Positions 30,201-42,200 of a stretch of DNA of 64,000 nucleotides are shown here, piece by piece. Source of the stretch: Owenia fusiformis (taxonomy: Eukaryota); NCBI GenBank assembly GCA_903813345.2, contig CAIIXF020000001.1:22878001-22942000 (forward strand), read 5' to 3'. Below the pieces are notes generated by a model that saw nothing but the letters and a program-made list of their open reading frames with translations, searched no databases and was not told the origin of the DNA. The position numbers and the translations under genes were made by a program. Each line of letters begins with the position of its first letter. Position 1 is the first letter of the stretch.

Positions 30201-33200
30201 AATAGATTATTCTATTGCTTGAACTTCGAGGATTAATTTTTATTCCAGTTAAGTTAAAATGTTTTTTCGTCGAAGATTCATATACCTGGGCATGCGACAA
30301 TATTACAGGCCACGCTATCAATCAGATCACTTTGTATGCAGTCAGCTCCACCATTAGACGGGGCTGGGCTGTCACATGCTCTCTCTCGATATTGAACTCC
30401 TTCTCCGCATGTTGTGGAACAATCTCCCCATGGTGACCATTCTCCAGGGACTCCATCAACTAAAACAAAATATATCAATGGTCTTGATAGGTTGATAGAT
30501 TAATCTATTGCTTGAACTTCGAGGATGGATTTTTATTTCAGTTGTAAAAATATGTTTACGTTCTCCTCATGGTGACCATTGTCCTGGGACTCCATCAACT
30601 AAAACAAAATATTTCAACTCAGACTATCAAGTCTATCAAAATGACTCTATATTGGGATTAAATGTCCAATAAGATATAATACTGATGAATGGACAAAAAA
30701 TAGTAGATAAACTACAAATGATACGTTTGAAGAACACTCCCGAATTGGACCACTGACCTACCACTGATGACTTATCCCTTCGTTAACTCTTAAACAGTTT
30801 GCCTATAGATAATTTCACCAACAGATGGGGGGGGGGGTATTATTTATTTATTCAAAAATTCGTATTACTCAATTGCTTATGTCCGCATTGTAAAGGATGC
30901 AAATCCTCTTACTTCATTAAGAATCTGGATCAACATAATATTACCTGCCATGTTATTTGGATGTGAGCTTTGGTCAAACCTAACCAAAAAAGACATTTAT
31001 TTGCTAGAACTTACACAACGTCAAGTAACAAAAGCAATTCAACGTTTTGGCATGAGATTTCCGTCCGATGTAGTTTTATCGTCCCTTGGATTATGGACAA
31101 TATCTGCTAGGATCGATAAGGCTAAATTGGGGTTTTTCAACAGATTATGTAGATGCAAACATTTTATTACTAAAAAAAAGTCTTCATTTTAAGATTGGCA
31201 AGTTATTTGTCCAACAGGGAAACTTTTAAACAGAAAGGATTTATCAATGATCTATACAATCTGGCTGAAAAATATGAATATATACCAGACCAAATTCAAC
31301 AATTCATCTGTAATGGCAAATATCTGATTAAGGAGAAGTGGAGACTGCTTACTAAATCCCAAATTCATATTTTTGATGAGAAAAAATGGCAAGAAAGCTG
31401 CCAGCAGAATGTCTCTTTACAATATTTTCGTAACGTCCATACAAACCTCAGCCCAAGCATAATGTGGGAATTGGGTAGACAATTCCCAAAATGCACTTGG
31501 AATTTAGGCAATCTCATTCATTTATCCTTACCTAATGTATATGAAAAGAAGTGTAAAATGTGTGACACCATTATTATTACCAATGAGTTCATAATCGTGC
31601 ATTACCTATTGCATTGCCAAAATACCAGAATTATCTGTGAGAGAGACGAACTTTTTAATTTACTAGTCTCAATTTTAGACATAGATACTGGTGTCAAGCT
31701 GTTTTCTGCTGACACACATGTTTTTATTGATGCCATACTAGGAAGTCAGGCAGATGTTCTCCAACAATTGGATGATGACACATTTTGTAATTTTTTACTA
31801 ACTATTGCAAATAAGCTGCAATTTGTGCAGCACTATTTCATGTAAATATTATTCTTACATTTCATGATTATTCTATATTGTATAAAATAACTGTATTGTA
31901 ATTATTATGTTTGTTGCTCTGATTAATTTTCGGGAATAAAAGAAACAGTAAACAATAAACAATATACCTGGGCATGCGACAACATTACAAGTCACGCTAT
32001 CAATCAGATCACTTTGTATGCAATTAGCACCACCATTAGCCGGGGCGGGGCTGTCACATGCTCTCTCTCGATACTGCACTCCCTCTCCGCATGTTGTGGA
32101 ACAATCTCCCCATGGTGACCATTGTCCAGGGACTCCATCGACTAGAAATGAAAATATTTCAACTCACAATTTTTCAAATTATCTGACTATTTGGACTAAA
32201 TGTCCCAAAGGATATAATACTGATGTACACACTGTATGGTAAGAACCTGTGGATAGAACTGTAATCTTTCTGTTGAGAAACACTCCAAATCAAACCAACG
32301 ATTCCTTTAACTGTAGAAATATATATACATGGCAATCCTAAATAACATTGTTCGGTCTGTTAATATTTGCTTGACAATTGTTTTTATGTATTTTATGATT
32401 CATACCTGGACATGCGACAACATTACAGGACACGCTATCAACCAAATCACTTTGTAAGCAATCAGCTCCACCATTAGCAGGGGCTGGGCTGTCACATGCT
32501 CTCTCTCTATATTGCACTCCTTCTCCGCATGTTGTGGAACAATCTCCCCATGGTGACCATTGTCCAGGGACTCCATCGACTAGAAATGAAAATATTTCAA
32601 CTCACAATTTTTCAAATTATCTGACTATTTGGACTAAATGTCCCAAAGGATATAATACTGATGTACACACTGTATGGTAAGAACCTGTGGATAGAACTGT
32701 AATCTTTCTGTTGAGAAACACTCCAAATCAAACCAACGATTCCTTTAACTGTAGAAATATATATACATGGCAATCCTAAATAACATTGTTCGGTCTGTTA
32801 ATATTTGCTTGACAATTGTTTTTATGTATTTTATGATTCATACCTGGACATGCGACAACATTACAGGACACGCTATCAACCAAATCACTTTGTAAGCAAT
32901 CAGCTCCACCATTAGCAGGGGCTGGGCTGTCACATGCTCTCTCTCTATATTGCACTCCTTCTCCGCATGTTGTGGAACAATCTCCCCATGGTGACCATTC
33001 CCCAGGGACTCCATCAACTGGAACTGAATCAATTAAGGTCAAAATAAATATAGTACGACTGAATACATATTTCTTCAGGAAATGCATAGAAGAAAAAATA
33101 ATTTGTTCAAAGGAGAAACTTAATTGTAGTACATGTTTTTATATATTTGATCACGTTTTCACATTCAATAAACGTTTAAATACCTGGGCAAGGGTCGCAT

Positions 33201-36200
33201 GTTTTGCTCTCTATAAGACCAAGTTCACCGCCGTCGCACATGTTAAAATCATCTCCAGAGCAGGTTCGTGATCGGGTGACAGTTTCCCCACATGGACAGT
33301 CGACAGGCCATTCTCCCCAGTTGTTCCAGCCTAATGATAAAAGACATTGATGAAAAATGTACGTAAAGCAAACTTGAACATTGGAAAAAAGTAGTCTCAA
33401 ATGATAAATCGAGATCAGGAATATATGAAGTGCATGACATTTAAAAATTAAAGTTCTTACTTCTTTTGTATTGTCTCGTTCTCAATTCTTTAGCATATTG
33501 AAGGGATTTGGCTTAGGTTTTCCAAGGAAATAACTGTGAAATAGCAAACCTGATTACTCAGAATTGAAATCTAATTCTTAGATCACATACAATATGAAAA
33601 TATTTACATATTGTTCTACTCACTGCAATAAACATTGCCACAGCGGACGGTTTCTGTATCACCTCCTTCGCATTCAAGCCCCAGTTCTATGTTGAGGTCT
33701 GTGCAGGTTCTTGTTCTAGTCATATACTGTATATTATTGTTCACTGCCCCACATGTTACTGGGCAGTTGGTGTATGGGCTCCATTCGCTCCATGCTATGA
33801 ATGAAGAGAAAGGTATAAAAAAGGCAATGTTCAATTAAGGAAATTATAATGAATCATAAGGTGCAATTGCAAGTCAATCATAAAGATTGGTGATAAATCG
33901 TTTGAATCGATTATATCTTATTCAGTATGTATTCTAAAGGAGTGGTATCGATATGGAGAACTTTTTAAGCACACGTTTCTCTTTAACCAGTCATAAAAAA
34001 ATCTAAAAGTTTATCACATCGTCATCTTTTGAATTTTAACAATATAATTTGTAAAATATATATATATATATACTTTCATCTATATTGTTTTAGAAAATAC
34101 ATCAAACACTTGTTTTGTTCTTGGTATCATGTTTCCAGAGTCAATGAAACATCTTTCCAAACCTCATTGAAACAAAACGACATAAACAACATGTTTAGGT
34201 CTCTCAATATTGTAATTGTACAAATGAAATTTTGGTTGATTTTAAAAAAGTATATTGTTAATGAAATAAAAGGTTTATCTTGATTTTTATCTATTTTGGA
34301 GGGATTTTGTTTTAATTTTTTGAATACTTTTTTAAATCAACCAAAAATTCCTTTGTATAACTATAATATTGAGAGGTCTAAAAACAAGGTTCGGAAAGAC
34401 ATTTTATTTCATTCTCAAGAATTGGTAGAAAGGAGCCAAAACAATTGCACTAAAAAAGGTTAACAAAAACAGTTATATAAGTTATTTCTAAATAATTTTC
34501 GAATTAAATTATTGTCAATCAGTCAATAAAATACCGTGTCTTTTTACAGAATGTTTTCAATGATTGGCTAAGAGAAAAACATTGTTGAATTCAGTTCTCC
34601 ATATCGATACCAATCTTTTCATCTATTCAAAACACTAATAATCCTTACCGCTATTCATATTGTTTTATAAAATGTGACATACCTGGGCATGGTGCTCTGC
34701 CGCACTCCCGAGATTCTTGCGCTAGCATCGTGTTATCGTCTTCTCCGTCAAAACATGCGATCGAACCATCGGCGTTCGTAACTGGACAAATACGACTTCG
34801 TGTCTGGGTGGTGCTAATTCCGCCGCAAGGGACGCTGCATACACTCCATGTCGTCCATGGTTCCCAAACTAAGTATGTTAAGAGCATGTCTCAAATGCAT
34901 CTCAAACTAATTTGATAATCTGTCAGTTGCTATTACATCCTCATAATACATAATACATATATTTATCTAGCATTCACGAATTCAACCGCCGGCTGTCGAC
35001 TTACTGTTTAACCTACTATTTTATGACGAAATCTAAATATGAATGGACGGAATAGTAACAGGCATTATTCATATTTAAATGAGATGGCCGTAAAATAGTT
35101 GGTTAAACCGTCGGGCGTCAGTTGAATTATGTAGTATTCGCGAATTCAACTGCCGGATGACGGTTTAGCCTTCTTTTTAAGGAAGTAGTTATCAAGGCCA
35201 ACGTCTGAACGTGTTTAATCCGAAAATAATTCTTTGAGCAATCATAAATATTTTTGACATCAATTCTATTCTGTTTTACCAACTGTCATGCGTAATATTT
35301 GTCTACTACCACAGAATTGAATATTTAAAATGTAATAATGACATTTGAAGGAATCAGACGGATATAATATTTTGCTATCTGCGTCTAATTAACGAACAAA
35401 CTATGAGCACTAAACTGCTCCCTGGAAACGACTCTTACCACAAGGAGAATCTGCGCATCGTTTCGATTCCGTAATGTCACCCTCACAGGTTATTCCCATT
35501 AGAGCGTCCATCCCGATACATGCCCGAGTCCTCCTAATGTATACTGCCGTCTCAATAGCCCCGCACTCTGCCTCACATGTGCTCCATGTTGCCCAGGTAG
35601 TCCATTCTTAAAATTAAAGATCTTGAAATAATTACAAGGTTAAAGGTAAATGATAAGTCATGTCCAAGATTAAAAGCGAATAGAGTCGCTCAATGGGCAC
35701 AATGGGCGTTCAGACTAGATGGCAATCCAACAAGAGTAAATGCATATCAACTTACCAGGGCAGGCAACTTGGCCACAATTCCTCGTCTCTATGGATGACC
35801 CACTGCATTGACCAATGCCTTCCTCGTCAGGCGGTGCAGAGCATTCCCGTGTACGTGTCTGGGTTGTGCCAACTCCTCCACACGTAACAGAACATGCCCC
35901 CCAATCGGTCCATTCAAGCCATCCTATAAAACAATTCTCAAAGTGAAATTGAAGTCACCATTACAGTCATTTATTGAGAAATTCATTTTATTGGTGTCGC
36001 TTCTTTGGATTATGTAATGAAAATAGTGACTAATACAGGAAACATGTGCATTCCTTTAGATTTACTAAGATAACCCCCTGTCAATGTAGTTTTCGCTTTG
36101 AATTTTCCAATTCATTTGCTACATGATTTTTTCAAATTTCAAGGTACTTACTTGCGCACAGAGGTTTTTCCTGCTCAACACTCTCAACAGTGTCAGTTTC

Positions 36201-39200
36201 CTCGCCATCAAGGCGGCGTCTTCGGGTACATGTCACTGTATCACCCACGTTTTGAACACAAGTGCCCGAGCACGTGTATGCGCTCCATTCTGTATCTAAA
36301 ATAATGATGTCAACGCATATGAGCATTTGATCGAAGTCTTTGCCTAGGTCTTATTATGGAATGTTAATTCAATATGTGACATTGCGTCCAGGAATATATG
36401 AGCAGGTCGACCGAAAAGTGATCATAGTAACCTTTGGAATGACAATTTTAGTTTATCACCACATACATTTCCAGAAACACACCTAGGCTCCCGGAACCAG
36501 ACTATACATTAATATCATCCAACATATACACCGTGTATACAAGTATATGTGTAAGATGTAGCGCATGTAGGACCCTATATCACTTTTCATCATTTTACGA
36601 GAATTAGATGAGAAAAATAGTATAGATTACATTCCATTGCTTATTTCCTAAAGAGTATCTAAAACGACAGACGAGCATTTACCGCAATTTGGCCCATCCA
36701 CGATTCTCTCCACAGACTCGACGGATTCTTCACCGCAGTCGAGACCTCCATTTGCAGGAGCAGGGTTAGTACAATATCTGTATTTAACACATTTGATTGT
36801 ACCACACGTTCCAAGGCAAGACTCAGTTGTCCAGTCCGTCCACATGCCATCCACTATTCAAATATAAAGGAGATTATAAAGCAATAATGCTGTAAATCTA
36901 GATAAAATGTAATTTATCGAATTTGTAAATGATAACTTTCTAACCTGGGCAGAGAGGAATTGATGTTACTGCCTTTGTTTCTATTTCGTCAACCTCCCAT
37001 CCATCTGGACGCCGTCTTCTTGTGCACAGAGCACTTCCGCCATCGTCATCTATACATGTCGCCGGACAACTCCATTCACTCCATGCCGCTTCTGCAGAGT
37101 AGAAGGAAAAATGTTATACCTCTGACCAAATTGTGAGATTAATCGTGAAAATTATCGACCGTTCTCTGACCAATAAAAGCTGGAGATTTGATCAAGAGGT
37201 ACTTGTTGTTTAAGGGGGGGGCTTCAAGGGATTGAGCGAGAAACTCAATCAATTGTGGCTGTACGCATTCACAGATTTCTTATATGATCTCTACGCCACG
37301 GGCGATAAGACAAAGTGCTTTGTTTCAGCCACAACTGTATCCAAATAGTTACATACATGTATTTGTGCAAACCTGAATTTCAGCGTACTCGTGATTGTTA
37401 CAGCCGATTTGAAACTGACAAGCTAATCAAAGAACAAACTGTAACTGTACATTAATTAATAAAGATACTATAATTAGTAATGAAAGCAAAATCAAAAATG
37501 GTGTAATCTAGTAATGCATGTTTAGGTATACTTGAATAAATAATCGCAAAATAATAAAATGTTTACCACAATCCATTCCGAACACTGTTCTGGTTTTGGT
37601 AGCTGATCGGTCTTCCTCACGCTCCGAGCCATCACCGCAGAGGGCACCTCCGTTAGAGGGAGCAGGCGCGGTGCAAGAGCGGGTCTTTCTACACACGTAC
37701 GTTCCGCAATCTGCATCACATGTCTCACTGGACCAGGGGCTCCACATACCATTAACTAAATTCAAGGAATATTTTGTCATTCTTATTGTTAATTTCTATA
37801 TCAAATGGGCATATTTCTCTATTTGTAGCATGGGTTGGTCACTGGTTGGTTCTTGGTTGTGACTTGTAACTTTGTTTGCAAATTGTGAAAAATAAATGAA
37901 TGTTGTTTGATAAATCAAGATTGGATCATTAGGTGTGGCATTCTTGAGGTTATTTTTAGTTTTTTTCTTATCTTCAACTCTTCATTGTGTTTAGCTTTCT
38001 CCTCATATGAAGTTTGTTGAGTATTTTCGGAACTACTCACCTGGGCACATTGGCACACTTATATCCTTCGTCTCTACCAAATCAACTTCTTCGCCATTTT
38101 TCTTCCGGAAGCAGACGGCAGAGTCATCTATCTCTGTGAGGCAGCCTGTGGGGCAACTCCATTCACTCCATTCATTGCCTAGAGTGTATGAAAAACATGT
38201 AGTATATGACTCTGAAACTGACGTCTTGACTCTAGATGTGCCTTTCCAAAGAAAAGCGATAACACTACTCTTTGCATTCGTTTGGCATCGTTTCTAATAG
38301 AGTTTCGCCAGGTCTTCACTGTTTATAACTAGACTCTGCGCGCAGGGTACGATAACACGAGTCATCATGATCAGTATGAATATTTGAAATAAAGGCCCTA
38401 AGTAAAATATATGTATTATATTTGCATTGGGCCGATAAAGGACACGTTTCAATTCGACATCTTAAAAAAACATTTTTCATAGCCTTCCAAAAATCTCCAA
38501 GTCCTTTTTAATGAAGACTACACAATTTACTACACATATTAAGGTCCGACTAATATAACGACTACACAACTTACCACAGTAAGGTCCGACTAATATGAAG
38601 ATTACACAACTTACCACAGTAAGGTCTGACTAATATGAAGATTACACAACTTACCACAGTAAGGTCCGACTAATATGAACATTACACAACTTACAACACA
38701 CATTAAGGTCCGACTAATATGAAGATTACACAACTTACCACACACATTAAGGTCCGACTAATATGAAGATTACACAACTTGCCACACACATTAAGGTCCG
38801 ACTAATATGAAGATTACACAACTTACCACACGTGGGTCCGTCTACGATTCTCTCCAACGTGTCACCTTGGGAACTGCTATCACATTCATTTCCACCGTTT
38901 TTCGGAGCTGGGTCATTACATTGTCTTGTTCTGATGCAGGCATATGTTCCACACGCTCCATTGCATGTTTCGTCAGACCACATGCTCCATTGACCATTTA
39001 TGGGAACTGATATAGAAAATAGGTGTTTTAAATTACAACTAAAAAGTGGGTAGACCTTCAACAACACAACTGAAGCACCAGAAGTCATCGTATTTTACGG
39101 GACATTAATCAATAATGGTTTCTATTAATTCATAGTTATTACAATCAAAAATCATAATTACGTTTGTCCGCTGGGCAGGTCATCTGTTGTGTTATTTCCA

Positions 39201-42200
39201 AAATTTCCCCACATTGATCATTCGTGGCTGTTCCAATCCTGGAGCAGGTTGTTACACTACCCCCGCATTGTGAACAGTCCCAGTCTGAGAATGACCGCAT
39301 ACAAGGTGCCGAGAAGCTGGACACTACAACAGCATGATGTTTTGCACAACAAAAGAATAAACAGTTTACAACAAAAACATAGATTTGTTATATTTTTACC
39401 AAAAGTTCAAAATGTTTTCCGAAAAAAGGAATATGCCGCCCCGCTGCAGCCTGGCATGTTATAGTTTTGTTTGTTGGGGGTAGATTCCATTTATTTTTTG
39501 TTATACCATTGTACATCGTGTTCATGTATTAGTTCTTCTTGAGAACATTAATTCAAATTCATAAACATCCTTGGCTCGTTGGTCAGTTTTCAAAGACATA
39601 GCACGTGTTTAAGATTCATAAACAATTGTCTTTGCTGTTTATACTATATTTATAGAGTTTTGCTTTACACAATGGATAAACTTACTGAATTCTGAACCAG
39701 AGTCGGATCCACTTGCGGTTATTTCAATGTTTCCAATGCTTGTATCACCACGATAGTGGGAGATATCTGGAGTACTCTCATCACCCTTAATTTCACCGAC
39801 AAACTGGACGTAGTAGGCGCCACCATTTAGGTCACTTGGTAACAGGATCTTTGAAGATTCCCACGGGTCACGGGATGTTTGTTGTTCGCCTACAAGAAAG
39901 ATAAACAAAATAATAAATTAACAAATTAACAACCGTATTTTCTAAAACAATTATAGGTCAAAACAATATATTGCGCGGTTTCAAGCGTATAAAACCTTAA
40001 TTCGTTTACCTTCTCGAGAGAATATCTGCACAGGAGGCTGAGTTAGGTCAACAGGCTGCAACTGAACTATAAGTTTACCAGTATCCTCTCCGTACATGTA
40101 GTGGTCAAAGCTGAAGCCAATAGCCTCTCCTAAAACAGATTATTCAAAATGCAATTAAAACTTTTATTTTAAAAACAAAAACTTTTATTTAAAAAAAACG
40201 ATAATCATTTATGACTTTTTTATATGAACAGTATATATATATTTCATTACCTGGCTCGCCTTGGATCGCTGGCGTAGATATGATAGCCCGGTCTCCAGGA
40301 GATTGACCAACGAATCCCTCTGTTGATGGAGACGACTCAATGTACATGTAATTGTTAGAGAGAGGGGCCCCAGTCTCGAGATAATCCCTGTTTGCGGTTT
40401 CACCATCGTTTAACGTCCAGGCGAAATCATCATCCTCTGTTGGAGAGACTTGATGTTTCATGCCACACAAAGTTGTGTCTGTTTTTTCAAACCCGCAATT
40501 GAATAGGGCTGTGAGAGAAATGAAACCCTTTATTAATATTTCTCGATTTAAATATATATTACACGCATTTTAATGATCTTTACTAGGACAAAACTAACTA
40601 CAAATTCATGATTAATAGTTAAAACCTTATTTCGTGAATTTGCAAGCCATATTATACAAGTTGATGTAATTACTTCTTTGTTGACAGATTACAGTTCTTA
40701 TGGCGGTTTCACTTGTAGCAACATCACTGGCACAGGCGCCCCCTAAGGACGTTATTGCTCTTGTTCGTGTACAGGTTAAATTAGTTCCACAAGCATTTTC
40801 AGCACCACAGTCCCAAACACTCCAACTTCCGGTCATACACTGCTTTGGGTAACCTAATTTTAATGATTATTGAGTATAATGTCATATTTGGCTCTCAAGA
40901 GGCTGTAGTCTCGCTATTATTCCACTAAATTTTTATGTCTTTTCCGTCACCTAAGTTTATTTTAGGGAATTTGGATGGGGTGAAAGTTTTAAATAAAATA
41001 TCTATCCGAAGCTTGTTGGAACAAAATTGCATATTCAACATTTTCTTAGACTTCTCAATATTATAGTTATACAAAGGAAATTTTGGTTGATTTAAGAAAA
41101 AGTATTCAAAAATTTAAAACAAAAACCCCCAAAATAGATAAAAATTTATATAAACATTTTATTTCATTACCAAGATACTTTTTTAAAATCAACCAAACTT
41201 TCCTTTGTACAAATACAATATTGAATGACCTATACACGTTATGTTTATGTCATTTTGTTCCAATGAGGTTCGGATAGATGTTTCATTTCATTCCGAACGT
41301 ATGATACCAAGAACAAAAGAAGTTTTCTAAAACAATATAGAGAAAAGTATATATATCTATTTCAAATTACATAGTTACCATTCAAAAGATGACCATTATC
41401 AACGTGTAAAATCTTTAGAATTGTTTGATGACTGGTTTAAGAGAAACGTGTGTTCAAAAAGTTCACCATATCGATACCTATCCTTTAACATTTTGTCAAA
41501 AGGGACATGTGATTTAGTCACAATTTCGCAACTGTCACAGGTCCAATTCTCTTAGATGGACACTTTTAACATTTTCAAAGTTGTGAGGGTTTCAAGGTGA
41601 AGGGGACGAGTGGAAAGTTTATTGCCATAGTGTTACGCTAATGGTCCCCAGTTTCGTGCGACGCGTACAAAGATTTAAATCACATACAAGTATGTACGTT
41701 TCTTCTTACCTTCACCGGCTGTGAATTGGCCGACTCTGATGTCAGTGACACTTATGTCTCCCTTGTAGACATATTCTCTATCAGGCAAGATGTCTGCCGT
41801 GAACATGACTCTGTAGGGTTTGTCCTGGAGACGGCTTGGTAGACCCAAAGTAATCGTCGTCCATGGATCTCCTCTCTTTTGCTGCTCGCCTAAATACATA
41901 CAGTTGTTTGAATTTAAACGAGATCGTTATAGATCGACTGCGTTTTTTCAATTGTAACTTCATAGATTGATTTCTTGTTTTGAAACCAAATGATTAAAAT
42001 ATACCTAACAATAACTTTCTATATAACTCATATGATATGCAATTGAACTTATCTAATTTGCACTTGGCTTTTTGTGATACTGATCAACTGTCACTCAAGC
42101 CATTTCATAGTTAAGCTCCGGGTATCGCGATGACAGTCACCTTTGCTCTTGGATTAAACCAAGATTGGGCATCACTTTTACATGTTTTATCTAGTATCTA

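Larger units (their letters stand above)
23680..33023 (-). repeat. Tandem array of 17 near-identical TSP1 exon+intron units (coding)
   Basis: Type B exons (174 nt, ending N[IV]VACP): 33017(or 33023)-32844, 32579-32406, 32141-31968, 30459-30286, 30166-29993, 29699-29526. Type A exons (183 nt, ending NAGDCVDPP): 29113-28931, 27595-27413, 27143-26961, 26687-26505, 26230-26048, 25905-25723, 25134-24952, 24810-24628, 24489-24307, 24154-23972, plus 23859-23680 (180 nt). All encode about [52 protein letters not shown], and the flanking introns are duplicated too. Confidence 0.95.

Noticed and set aside
31195-31845. 216-aa ORF as a nested host gene
   Set aside because: Continues a frameshifted LINE ORF2 C-terminus.
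23680-33023. Dscam-style mutually exclusive exon cluster
   Set aside because: Introns are long enough for sequential splicing, the exons are nearly identical so little diversity is gained, and no docking/selector pairing was seen. Not excluded without transcripts.
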